Below are positions 20,940 to 29,770 of a stretch of DNA of 64,000 nt, piece after piece. The stretch lies in IMG/VR virus record IMGVR_UViG_3300043425_000861. One strand, given 5' to 3'. Position numbers and translations under genes: made by a program. The notes beneath the pieces are model-generated. The model made no database searches, was not told the origin of the DNA, and worked only from the letters and a program-made list of their open reading frames with translations. Within the stretch, counting starts at the first letter, position 1. Each line of letters opens with the position of its first letter. The DNA is from a virus.

Positions 20940-21662
20940 TTATTTTTGAAAAATACCCTTTTTAACCATTCTATCTAAAATTCTAGCACAAGCAATATCT
21001 AATGCTTTTTTAGTTGCTATGGATATTGTGGATTGATTGAATTTTACAGGGTCAACAGTAGCGTCCGATAGAAGAGTTAATTCTCTTGTTGTTTTAGCCT
21101 CACCTAATCCTGAAGCTCCGAAAACTACACCGGTTTCTGCGTTTGTAAAACGAACTTGTAGACCGATACGAGTAACCATTAAGTTTTTTACCCCATCTTT
21201 TAAATTAACAGTTTCATCTTCTGATACTGAATAATCGTAACATTCAACGGTCACAAAATATTCTGCCAAATTAATTTTACCCCTACCATCCAATTTGTTT
21301 TCAGAAATGCCAGCTTGAGATGCTTGGAATTGTTTTACCATTCTGTTTTTTATCTCCGTCTTGTCTTCAGTAAATTTGAAACGATTAAGATTTTCCAAAT
21401 ATTCCATAGTGATATTTGCAACACCTAATCCCACTCTTTTCTCCTTTAACTCAGGATACATTTCATACATCTCGTCTGATATACCCGCCTTTAGAATTTG
21501 AATAGGAATTTGTTTTCCGTCATAATCCAAGAATTGTGAGATGTCAATTGCAGTCTCAAAAGATGCTTTATATTGCTCCGTTTGGGTTTTACCAACTGTT
21601 TGTCCAAATGAGGTTATACTAACAAGTATAATACCTAAAAGTAAAAATATTTTTTTCATCAT
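20940..21662 (-). CDS. CsgG/HfaB-like envelope protein
   Basis: Signal peptide plus GLGVANITMEYLENLNRFKFTE...RIGLQVRFTNAETGVVF, resembling the CsgG-type fold. Confidence 0.6.
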   Translation of the reverse strand: MMKKIFLLLGIILVSITSFGQTVGKTQTEQYKASFETAIDISQFLDYDGKQIPIQILKAGISDEMYEMYPELKEKRVGLGVANITMEYLENLNRFKFTEDKTEIKNRMVKQFQASQAGISENKLDGRGKINLAEYFVTVECYDYSVSEDETVNLKDGVKNLMVTRIGLQVRFTNAETGVVFGASGLGEAKTTRELTLLSDATVDPVKFNQSTISIATKKALDIACARILDRMVKKGIFQK

Positions 21663-21665
21663 TTT

Positions 21666-21890
21666 TTATTTTGGTCCTTCATACCATATGTTATCGGGGT
21701 CGTTTTTAAAATTACCATCAATTTTCCAACTTACTTTTCTTGATATTTCACCCGCTCTTTCTTCTTGACCAGAAAATTGTAAGTAAACAAAGAATACTTG
21801 TACTGTTAATGCTAATGTAACCCAAATGAGGCCAAGTGCTAAGAAACCTTGCACCATTTTTTCCTCAATTTTTTTTAAAATTGTTGTCAT
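21666..21890 (-). CDS. Small membrane protein
   Basis: One TM helix; lies within the operon. Confidence 0.6.
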   Translation of the reverse strand: MTTILKKIEEKMVQGFLALGLIWVTLALTVQVFFVYLQFSGQEERAGEISRKVSWKIDGNFKNDPDNIWYEGPK

Positions 21891-21917
21891 AAATTTAGTT
21901 TTTTTGTCAATGCCCTA

Positions 21918-22193
21918 TTATCCTTCAGATTCTGTTTCAGAATCTAATTTATTTTTGTCGTGTTCAGCTTTTCTATTGATATATTTGTCAACCGATGCAA
22001 TACCAAATGAACCTAAAGTAATCACTAAAAATCCGTTGAAAATATATTCATTGATTAATAATTCCTTACCCATCCAACCTGTTACCAAGTCTACGAATAA
22101 TGCAATTACCATCATTGTGAATGATAAGAATCCAACCACCGATTTTTCGTTAATATCGTTATTGTCTTTAAAAAGTTCTTTAAGAAATCCCAT
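21918..22193 (-). CDS. Two-TM membrane protein (holin-like size)
   Basis: Two hydrophobic helices and a charged C-terminus. Confidence 0.65.
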   Translation of the reverse strand: MGFLKELFKDNNDINEKSVVGFLSFTMMVIALFVDLVTGWMGKELLINEYIFNGFLVITLGSFGIASVDKYINRKAEHDKNKLDSETESEG

Positions 22194-22223
22194 AGTTTTG
22201 TTTTTTTGTTGTTTTATTTATTA

Positions 22224-22853
22224 TTAACCTTCCATTTCTTCAGGTTCAGGGTCCTTAATTTTTCCACACTTAAGACATTCCTCATCTCCATCCCCGTCCA
22301 AATCACCCCAAACGTGCTCACATTGTCTATGTGCGAAGTATTCGTCAATCTTACCATCACCATCAAAATCTAAACCATCCATAACACCGTCACCGTCCTC
22401 ATCAACTTCAACACCAACTTTGGTTTCAGGTTTGAAAGGACTTTCGATATGTTGTGGATTATTTGGTTCTGACTGTACATCTACTTGTGATGTTGACTCA
22501 GATAATACCAATGGAGTGGTTGACATAGGTACAATTGGGTTGTTTGGCATATCTGCAGTATTTGATAGTGAAGTACCATCTTCTTCGTCCATTTTTTGAA
22601 CTAACATCTTATCCTTATCAGTATCACTGAACCAATAGTCAATGATTTTACCATAAGAACCAATGAAAGCACCCAACAATAAAAGAAGAAGTTCCTTCCA
22701 CTCACCCTCAATTGCGGATTTATTTAGAATTGCTCCAAATATCCCCATTATGATTATCATAAATCCTCCTAATACGATGGCTGTGATGAACCATCTACGT
22801 TTCATCATATTAGCTAATAATTCTTTAAATCCACCTGATTGTTCTTCTTTCAT
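22224..22853 (-). CDS. Two-TM membrane protein with DxDxDG Ca-binding-like repeats
   Basis: DEDGDG, DFDGDG and DLDGDG repeats; CEH...CLKC at the C-terminus. Confidence 0.7.
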   Translation of the reverse strand: MKEEQSGGFKELLANMMKRRWFITAIVLGGFMIIIMGIFGAILNKSAIEGEWKELLLLLLGAFIGSYGKIIDYWFSDTDKDKMLVQKMDEEDGTSLSNTADMPNNPIVPMSTTPLVLSESTSQVDVQSEPNNPQHIESPFKPETKVGVEVDEDGDGVMDGLDFDGDGKIDEYFAHRQCEHVWGDLDGDGDEECLKCGKIKDPEPEEMEG

Positions 22854-22859
22854 ATTAAA

Positions 22860-23180
22860 TTACCATTTTGGGGCTTCCTCTTTAAATTCATCACCTTCTT
22901 TTTTCTTAACCGGTTTTGCAGGTTCTTTAACGGTTTCTTTTTCTTTAATAATAACAGTTTTACCTCCACCACCTGAAGCCTGTTGAGCTTGTTGGTTTGA
23001 GTTTGTAATGTTAATTACAGGTGCTGCTTGTTGTACAGGTGCAGGCTCGTCCCCACCTCCTGTTATTTGAGTTACACCCCAAGTTCCTAAACCCATAACT
23101 GCGGTTGTTGCAACACCGATAATAGTCTTTTTTAAACCCGACCAAGTACCATCATTGTTTTGTTCTAATTCTTCTGACAT
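22860..23180 (-). CDS. Single-TM hypothetical protein
   Basis: N-terminal TM segment and low-complexity tail. Confidence 0.7.
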   Translation of the reverse strand: MSEELEQNNDGTWSGLKKTIIGVATTAVMGLGTWGVTQITGGGDEPAPVQQAAPVINITNSNQQAQQASGGGGKTVIIKEKETVKEPAKPVKKKEGDEFKEEAPKW

Positions 23181-23198
23181 TGTATTATATTTAATTTT

Positions 23199-23573
23199 TT
23201 AGTTTATTTTATTAAAATCTGTTATACCCATTTCCTTACCATTCATATCATAAAACCCAATTCTATAGGCTGATGATGGTAAAGCTGATGTATATACTTT
23301 AAGTACGTTATCTCCCACTTTTAAAGTGACATTTTCTTTCGAAACCACTTTATTTGAAATATCAAATATTTTGATTGTTACTGAACCCCCAACCTCACTT
23401 TTAACGTTCATTGCAACTTCAGAAGTTACAAACGCTGATTGTAATTTAATACCTACTGAACTAGCAATTTTTAATTCAGGAGTAACTTCTTGTGCGTTAA
23501 TTGGTAAAATGTCATCTTTATAACACCCCGTAAGGGTAAATAGTACAAATACCGTTAAGATTAGTTTTTTCAT
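23199..23573 (-). CDS. Lipoprotein with Ig-like, T9SS-CTD-like domain
   Basis: Lipobox LTGC; TIKIFDISNKVV...ALPSSAYRI resembles a Por-secretion tail. Confidence 0.6.
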   Translation of the reverse strand: MKKLILTVFVLFTLTGCYKDDILPINAQEVTPELKIASSVGIKLQSAFVTSEVAMNVKSEVGGSVTIKIFDISNKVVSKENVTLKVGDNVLKVYTSALPSSAYRIGFYDMNGKEMGITDFNKIN

Positions 23574-23574
23574 T

Positions 23575-23919
23575 TTAGTTTAGTGTTAGTTTTGTCTTAC
23601 TTATTTGGGTTTTGTCTTCCGAAGCAAGTATCAAATATAAATACTTCGACATTATGGATTTGGTATATATTTTCTTCACATTTTCGCCGGATTGGCCCCT
23701 AAATTTTTCCCGACTAATAACTTGTCCTGTCTGAACGTCAACAAACGTTAGGGTATAAATTCCCGAGGACGGTAGGTCAAAATATATGGACTGACCGTTA
23801 ATAACAGTACTCTCACCCACAGTAAATATTTTCTCAACAGGAGGTGGGGTAGGTTCTATCTCCATTTTTGTACAGCCCCATAGTAAAATCACAAATATTA
23901 ATATTATTAGTTTTTTCAT
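23575..23919 (-). CDS. Lipoprotein
   Basis: Lipobox LWGC; beta-rich sequence. Confidence 0.65.
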   Translation of the reverse strand: MKKLIILIFVILLWGCTKMEIEPTPPPVEKIFTVGESTVINGQSIYFDLPSSGIYTLTFVDVQTGQVISREKFRGQSGENVKKIYTKSIMSKYLYLILASEDKTQISKTKLTLN

Positions 23920-26210
23920 TATTGTATATTAATTTTTAATGTGGTTCCATTCTTATTTACTGCGTCAGTTGTTGATATTGATGTTAGACCCAAAATACCA
24001 TTAATTCCAATTAATGGAACGAATGTAATTTTATATTCGGTTGTTTTATCCAACGTAGTTGAACCGTCTGTTATCAATGAACCTAATGTTACATATGAAC
24101 CCCTGTCAGTCCCAAAATTGGTCGGATTTCCTTTTGTTAGAAATTCTACTTTTTCAAATCCTAACGCGGTTTTATCATAATTTAATTGAAATTGAGTTCC
24201 AACCACTTCTTGTTGTAATGGGTCCAATGATATTGTTACAACCACCTTACCACCTATATTTTCACTCATTAGATAAGCGTTTATTTGATTAGAAACTGAT
24301 GAACTCATAGTTGATAAACTCATAGTTCTAATTGAATTGATTGCAACACCACTTGTTGTTTGTCGTGCTGAGTGAGATAAGTTTACATCACCTACCCAAG
24401 TCACATTTACGTTGTAAGTGTTATTCAACGTACCACTATTCAAATTAAATGGGTACAAACTTCTTGTTGAGTTAAATTGATTACTCCAATTGGATTTAGT
24501 TATTGCATCATATTCAGTTTTACCATATAATTTCAACAAATAAGTCAAAGTAGAATATTGTGTTAGCGGTGCAACCCCTGTTAAATGTTGTAATAATTTG
24601 TAAGTATCTGCTTCATTAAAAATACCATTACCATCTACATCTGCGTTCATAAATTGAATACCCGATGTAAATTCTAATCCGCTTTGGTCTCCAAATATCC
24701 CACCATTTGATAATTCCTTAAATGCTATAAACACATCCGATACAGTTACAATACTATTATATAAAGTGTTTAATTCGGTTTGATTGGTATATGATAAATC
24801 AATCCCGTGTTGTTTAAATACCATATTTGGTGTGAATGTAAATTCCGCACTTAATCCCCAAAAAAATCCTGCTCGTCTTATGTTTGACGTAAATGATGAA
24901 CCCGCGAAATTAAGTTCTGTTGGTGTATAAATCCAATATGCCGCCCAAGTCCCATCATCCCATTGATATGTTACAGGTCCATTCCATAAATCAAATAATT
25001 GTAAATTTGTGACACCACTTGCTGAAGTACCTTGTGGAAACTCTCTTTTATCAATTAAAATTTGATATCTTTGATTTTGAGATTCGTAATCATATACGAC
25101 ACACCATTCTACTTGCCCACCTGTTGTTGTTGCTTTAACACCACCACCATTTATTTTTGTGGTATCTAAATCGTTTGTTAAATCAACTTTACCTAATCCA
25201 CTTATCGCTCTTGATGTATTAGTTGTTGTTCCCCACACATTGTTTACAAAAGTATTTGCCTTTGCTGTAAATTTTGTTTCATCCACATTACCACCAAAGT
25301 CAAAATTAAATCGTGCAGTTAAAACTTCTCCGTTTGAATGTGTTACTGAATTTGTATAGAATTCTGTAAATGTTGCGTTATCAGGATTAGTCCAAGTTCC
25401 AAATTCAACCACATATGGATTTACAAAATTTGGTGGTAAGTCATTCCATTGAGAACCATTCCATTTGGTTACCGCATAATCTTCATTTCCACTATTATTT
25501 GGTTCACCCCCTGCCCAGTTGTTGTATTGTCCAACTATGTTTCCAGCGGTTTGGCCGTTTGATGTTTTTATTAGCGTACCGTTTTCAGGGCCAGCATCGA
25601 TTCTCCATTGTCCTTCAACTACTTCATCAGTTAAAGCAAACCATATTTGATTTTGTGGAACGTTGTTGTAAATAAACGCGTCTTCATCAGCAGATGTGAT
25701 TGTCACCAAATATCCAGTCTGTCCTTTAAATGTTTGTTGTGATGAAAGTGTTTTAGCATTAGGGTACGTTGCGCCGGTAGATACTGGCCTATAAAAGTGT
25801 CCGTTTACACCATTATAGAAATATCCTGTTGGGTTTACGGTTGTCGCCACCGATAATGTAACATTACCCTTTACTGACCCGGTATTTACTTTTAAAGATG
25901 CTAATGCTGTATTGATATTAGCCATAGTCCCCGTTACAACTAAACGAGTTTTATTACCTGACAATGTGAATCCACTAGCTGCGGTTAAAGCTGTTGTTGT
26001 GTTTAATACGAATGTCGTACCTGACGGCGGATTTACTAAACTGATAGATGCTAATAGTGTTGCAGTGGAACTAAATCCGTTTAGAACAAATCCACTGGCG
26101 TCTTGTCCTGCTGTGGATTGTAAAAAAGATTTAGAGTCCGGAGCAGATACACTCTGTCCGAACCCTAAAAATGAAATTAGTAAAAAACATATTACTAATA
26201 GTTTCTTCAT
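23919..26210 (-). CDS. Large secreted protein: C-type lectin domain, dockerin-like and cohesin-like domains
   Basis: GYLVTITSADEDAF...WFALTD...EGQWR...YNNWAGGEPNN...WNDL (CTL with EPN motif); NADVDGNGIFNEAD and GDVNLSHS (dockerin-like); VVGTQFQLNYD (cohesin-like). Confidence 0.75.
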   Translation of the reverse strand: MKKLLVICFLLISFLGFGQSVSAPDSKSFLQSTAGQDASGFVLNGFSSTATLLASISLVNPPSGTTFVLNTTTALTAASGFTLSGNKTRLVVTGTMANINTALASLKVNTGSVKGNVTLSVATTVNPTGYFYNGVNGHFYRPVSTGATYPNAKTLSSQQTFKGQTGYLVTITSADEDAFIYNNVPQNQIWFALTDEVVEGQWRIDAGPENGTLIKTSNGQTAGNIVGQYNNWAGGEPNNSGNEDYAVTKWNGSQWNDLPPNFVNPYVVEFGTWTNPDNATFTEFYTNSVTHSNGEVLTARFNFDFGGNVDETKFTAKANTFVNNVWGTTTNTSRAISGLGKVDLTNDLDTTKINGGGVKATTTGGQVEWCVVYDYESQNQRYQILIDKREFPQGTSASGVTNLQLFDLWNGPVTYQWDDGTWAAYWIYTPTELNFAGSSFTSNIRRAGFFWGLSAEFTFTPNMVFKQHGIDLSYTNQTELNTLYNSIVTVSDVFIAFKELSNGGIFGDQSGLEFTSGIQFMNADVDGNGIFNEADTYKLLQHLTGVAPLTQYSTLTYLLKLYGKTEYDAITKSNWSNQFNSTRSLYPFNLNSGTLNNTYNVNVTWVGDVNLSHSARQTTSGVAINSIRTMSLSTMSSSVSNQINAYLMSENIGGKVVVTISLDPLQQEVVGTQFQLNYDKTALGFEKVEFLTKGNPTNFGTDRGSYVTLGSLITDGSTTLDKTTEYKITFVPLIGINGILGLTSISTTDAVNKNGTTLKINIQ

Positions 26211-26211
26211 A

Positions 26212-27861
26212 TTACTCGACGATTAAATCAACTTTATTTCCTTTCGCATCAACAGCATCAGATAAAACAAAGTAGAATAAACCGGCGGTATTTGTTAAAG
26301 TTGTTTTTGGTGTGAATACCAACTTATACGGAGTTCCTGTTTTAATTCTCGCAGTTTTCAATTGGTCAATAGAACCGAAAGTTAATCTACCGTCTTTATG
26401 TGTTGAAAAGTTTGTTATTGTTGAACCCGCGTCAAATATCACATTATCCAATGTTAATTTTGATTCGTCATAACTCATAATAACTTCCAATCCTGCCAAT
26501 CCTTCTTTTGTTAAATTTGTGGTTAATACAACTTTGCCATTTTCCAAAGTAGATGTTACACTCAACTTAGCAGTTTCTACCGCTTCAGTTTTATATGACA
26601 TTGATTGTGTTGATATAGTCGACATAGTACCAATTGAATTTACTGAGTTTGTGTATTGTCCGGCACTTATTCTACTAGCAATTACTGCTGGGTCTGATGA
26701 ATGTGACCAGTTTAAGTCACCACCCCACGCGTACACCGCATACACTTCTTTAACAGGAGTATCAATTGTAACTTTATTTTTAATGTTACCATCTAACCAA
26801 TCTTGATTTAATAAACCACTATGCCATCTCCAAGAAGTTGATGTTTGTGTTGGTATAAATGCATTTGTGGAAACATCTTGACCCATAACATATGCGAATG
26901 AATAATATGAATCCGATTCATTAAATACGTTATCGTTTTTAGTGATATTACCAACCTTCTTCTCTAAATTTGGATAAGTGAAGAAGTTCGCAGTTCCTGA
27001 TATATCTGTTTGTGAATGTCCTAAAAACGCTTTGTATGCGTCTGAAACAGTAATGACATTATTCATCCAAGCTTTTTGTGAGGCTGGACTAACAAACACA
27101 CCCAAACTATCACCAACCTTTACTTGTGTTGTAAATAACGCTTCACCTGTTGCATCTAAAGGTAATTGAGCAATCGGTTGTTGTGACCAATCAATAGTAC
27201 CACTACCATCCGTTTTTAATCTCATTAATTGAACATTATGGTCGGTAATTGTATATCCTTGTGGGAATAGAACCTTTACTTTAAATTGTGACGTATTACC
27301 AAGAACACCACTTAATGATATATTTGTTGAACTTCTTGTTATTGGTGATATATTAACAGACGAATCGTTAATTGCATATGACAAATCCAATTTATGAATA
27401 TCATTATATGTGTTTTGGTCTTTTAATATAAATTTTTGAGTTGCAATATCACCATTAATTGATGCGTCAGTTCTTTGAACAGTTAATTGCCCGACATTCC
27501 AATCATTATTTACTGAATATCCCCAAGGAGTTGTGGTGTATTGTGCATATAATTGTGTTTCAGCAACATTTGGTGCCGGTGTAAACTTATAGTTATTCCA
27601 ACCTGTATAGAATGTTTGTGTTGAACTACCTTGAGTGAATACAGTACTGTTCGGTACCATAGACAACGCCTTATTATTAAAAGAATATCTCAACCAAAAA
27701 TATCTTGGTGTTGTTGTTCCTCTAGTTACAGTGTACTTAACTGTTAATGTATCACCAACCTTTAATCCCGTTGTTGGGGTGATAGTTTGATTAACCGTTA
27801 ATTGTGCAAATGATGAAATGGTGGATAATAAAAATACACCGATAATTAATAATTTTTTCAT
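26212..27861 (-). CDS. Secreted protein with cohesin-like domains, paralogous C-terminal half to 23919..26210
   Basis: Signal peptide; LKVGDTLTV; shared segments TVSDAYKAF / TVSDVFIAF and GDLNWSHS / GDVNLSHS; LAGLEVIMSYD. Confidence 0.7.
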   Translation of the reverse strand: MKKLLIIGVFLLSTISSFAQLTVNQTITPTTGLKVGDTLTVKYTVTRGTTTPRYFWLRYSFNNKALSMVPNSTVFTQGSSTQTFYTGWNNYKFTPAPNVAETQLYAQYTTTPWGYSVNNDWNVGQLTVQRTDASINGDIATQKFILKDQNTYNDIHKLDLSYAINDSSVNISPITRSSTNISLSGVLGNTSQFKVKVLFPQGYTITDHNVQLMRLKTDGSGTIDWSQQPIAQLPLDATGEALFTTQVKVGDSLGVFVSPASQKAWMNNVITVSDAYKAFLGHSQTDISGTANFFTYPNLEKKVGNITKNDNVFNESDSYYSFAYVMGQDVSTNAFIPTQTSTSWRWHSGLLNQDWLDGNIKNKVTIDTPVKEVYAVYAWGGDLNWSHSSDPAVIASRISAGQYTNSVNSIGTMSTISTQSMSYKTEAVETAKLSVTSTLENGKVVLTTNLTKEGLAGLEVIMSYDESKLTLDNVIFDAGSTITNFSTHKDGRLTFGSIDQLKTARIKTGTPYKLVFTPKTTLTNTAGLFYFVLSDAVDAKGNKVDLIVE

Positions 27862-27863
27862 TT

Positions 27864-28397
27864 TTACTTTTTAATTGAAAACACTTTATTTATTAAAGAT
27901 TCACACGTCTTTTTAATCGCGGATGAAAGAGCTTGTTGATTTATTTTATCACTACCTTCATCGGTTATTAATGTTGATGTCGAGATTTCTGAGCTTGATT
28001 CTTCAGCAACAGCCTCTTTGATTTTCTTACCTTCTTTAGTTGTTAATTTACCTCTCATTACCACCAAAGTTTCTTCTTTGTCTGAATGAAATACTGAGAT
28101 ATTAGTCTTGGTTTTATTAACATCAAAAAATAAGATTTCAGCACTAAAAATCAAATCAGCCTTAGTGATGTCTTCGACAATTAGATAATCCTTATCTTGT
28201 AATATTTCTTGGAAAATGTTTTTAGCACCAAAAGCTAAATTTCGATTATTAGCCATTTTACCAACAATCACTTTGTTCTCTACTTTATCCACGTAGACGG
28301 ATTTTGGGTCCTCAATCGGTTGAAAAATCCTTACCAATAAGCCCACGAATAGGATGTACAGTATCGGTAAGAGCGATACGTTTAGTCTGTTTGTCAT
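27864..28397 (-). CDS. Membrane-anchored envelope protein (first gene of the surface operon)
   Basis: N-terminal TM segment; C-terminal INQQALSSAIKKTC echoes FNQSTISIATKKAL of the CsgG-like ORF. Start placed 3 nt after a TATTTATT box. Confidence 0.65.
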   Translation of the reverse strand: MTNRLNVSLLPILYILFVGLLVRIFQPIEDPKSVYVDKVENKVIVGKMANNRNLAFGAKNIFQEILQDKDYLIVEDITKADLIFSAEILFFDVNKTKTNISVFHSDKEETLVVMRGKLTTKEGKKIKEAVAEESSSEISTSTLITDEGSDKINQQALSSAIKKTCESLINKVFSIKK

Positions 28398-28525
28398 ACT
28401 AATAAATATGACAATTGTCACTATTAGTATAAACTTTATATTATTTTAATTTGGCAATATTGCCGTGTTTTTAGATGTTAAAAAAATATTTTTAAACTTT
28501 TATTGATTATATACATATTTATTAG

Positions 28526-28533
28526 TATCTTTG
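28526..28533 (+). promoter_or_regulatory. Promoter for leader 1 / tRNA array 1
   Basis: TATCTTTG (TAnnTTTG), with a TATTTATT box at 28516-28523 just upstream. Confidence 0.65.
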
Positions 28534-28562
28534 TAAAAAGAAAAAACATTAAATAAAATTCA

Positions 28563-28661
28563 ATGAGACAATTTACACATATTATGTCGTTTACAATCTG
28601 TTCAAAATGGGCGGATGAGCGTTCTATGTCTATATGTCTCGATGATACTGATGTTGGTTAA
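28563..28661 (+). CDS. Leader peptide 1 (32 aa, MRQFTHIMSFTICSKWADERSMSICLDDTDVG), candidate attenuator sensor for tRNA array 1
   Basis: Lies between a promoter and a terminator; codons 6-20 include a codon for every elongator tRNA of array 1. Confidence 0.8.
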   Translation: MRQFTHIMSFTICSKWADERSMSICLDDTDVG

Positions 28662-28684
28662 ATTAGTTTAACTTAAAATATTAG

Positions 28685-28718
28685 AAAACCTCGGGACTTT
28701 AAAATCTCGAGGTTTTTT
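28685..28718 (+). terminator. Attenuator terminator 1
   Basis: AAAACCTCGGGA-CTTTAAAA-TCTCGAGGTTTTTT, 6 nt before tRNA-Ala. Confidence 0.85.
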
Positions 28719-28724
28719 GTTTAT

Positions 28725-28797
28725 GGGCCGGATGTCAATGGCAGACCACCTGATTTGCAATCAGAGTGAAAGGGTTCGATTCCCTACGTGTCCACCA
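28725..28797 (+). tRNA. tRNA-Ala(TGC)
   Basis: Anticodon loop TTTGCAA, G3-U70 pair, encoded CCA. Confidence 0.85.
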
Positions 28798-28803
28798 CCC
28801 CCG

Positions 28804-28854
28804 AGTTTTGGAGCTGGTACCTCCTTTTACCCGAATTGAAATTAAAAACTACCA
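28804..28854 (+). pseudogene. Minimal tRNA-like element / tRNA-Thr(GGT) remnant
   Basis: AGTTTT/AAAACT stem followed by ACCA; GGAG-CTGGTAC-CTCC anticodon-like arm; no D-arm or canonical T-arm. Confidence 0.35.
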
Positions 28855-28859
28855 CAAAT

Positions 28860-28932
28860 TCTTAGGTAACTCAATGGTGAGAGTACCTCGCTGATACCGA
28901 GGAGGTTGGTAGTTCGAATCTACCCCTAAGAA
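28860..28932 (+). tRNA. tRNA-Ile(GAT)
   Basis: CCTCG-CTGATAC-CGAGG; TTCGAAT T-loop. Confidence 0.9.
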
Positions 28933-28937
28933 CATAA

Positions 28938-29010
28938 GGAGATGAAGCTAACTTAGTAGAAGCATCGGACTGAAAATCCGAAGGAGTTGGAGCGTAACCA
29001 ACTATCTCCA
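28938..29010 (+). tRNA. tRNA-Phe(GAA), atypical T-loop
   Basis: TCGGA-CTGAAAA-TCCGA; T-loop AGCGTAA. Confidence 0.85.
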
Positions 29011-29072
29011 CAATAAAGTAAAAAATGCTTAATAAAGTGAACAACTTTATTATACAAAAACAACTTTATTAT

Positions 29073-29146
29073 GACCTCTTAGCTCAGTTGGTTAGAGCAC
29101 CTCACTTTTAATGAGGGAGTCCCGCGTTCGAGTCGCGGAGGGGTCA
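29073..29146 (+). tRNA. tRNA-Lys(TTT)
   Basis: CCTCA-CTTTTAA-TGAGG. Confidence 0.93.
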
Positions 29147-29224
29147 CAATACGAATCAACCGGGTGGCTGAAACCTAACTAGTAGTGGAGAATACCCACA
29201 ACCCGGTCAATGTTCGTATTAACT

Positions 29225-29295
29225 ACGGGTGTAGTTCAATGGTAGAATTATGGTCTCCAAAACCATCGATGGGAGTTCGAATCTCTCCACCCGTG
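29225..29295 (+). tRNA. tRNA-Trp(CCA)
   Basis: ATGGT-CTCCAAA-ACCAT. Confidence 0.93.
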
Positions 29296-29363
29296 CAAAT
29301 TATATCTAAAAACATATAAAAATGAAAAAACAATTTGACAAGCATTAGTTAAACTAATGCAAA

Positions 29364-29561
29364 ATGAAAAACAAAGAAGAACGAGTAAAACAAATGAATT
29401 CAATTTACAATTATTGTTTCATTTGTAATAAAAGAAATGGTAGTTGGTATTATGATTGTCACCCATCAAGTTGGTATGTAAAACGACACGGAAATGGAAA
29501 AATCGTAAGACAAAGAGAGTGTAGAAGTTGGAAACACAACAGAAAAACCCAATGGAAATAA
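29364..29561 (+). CDS. Small basic Cys/Trp-containing protein within tRNA array 1
   Basis: 65 aa with CxxC and a C-terminal WKHNRKTQWK. Confidence 0.6.
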   Translation: MKNKEERVKQMNSIYNYCFICNKRNGSWYYDCHPSSWYVKRHGNGKIVRQRECRSWKHNRKTQWK

Positions 29562-29564
29562 TTT

Positions 29565-29636
29565 GGTCTCTTGGTGTAACGGATAGCACGGAACACTACG
29601 AATGTTTTAGTAAAGGTTCGAGTCCTTTAGAGACCT
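29565..29636 (+). tRNA. tRNA-Arg(ACG)
   Basis: GAACA-CTACGAA-TGTTT. Confidence 0.9.
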
Positions 29637-29695
29637 CTGTTCACAAAATATCGTTGTTCACGGTTCGTGAACAGAGAACAAACGTGAACAAATAA

Positions 29696-29768
29696 GTCAG
29701 GTTGGCCGAGTTGGTTTAGGTGACGGTCTGCAAAACCGTTTACATTGGTTCGAATCCAATACTTGACT
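29696..29768 (+). tRNA. tRNA-Cys(GCA)
   Basis: ACGGT-CTGCAAA-ACCGT; U73 discriminator. Confidence 0.92.
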
Positions 29769-29770
29769 CT

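Noticed and set aside
2346-26806. Ser-rich antisense ORFs (2346, 5218, 18264, 22663, 25912, 26519 and similar)
   Set aside because: Reverse-strand shadows of acidic or low-complexity genes that have recognisable motifs on the other strand.
29041-29072. ACAACTTTATTAT direct repeat before tRNA-Lys as an att site
   Set aside because: An adjacent AT-rich duplication with no integrase or flanked element in the window.
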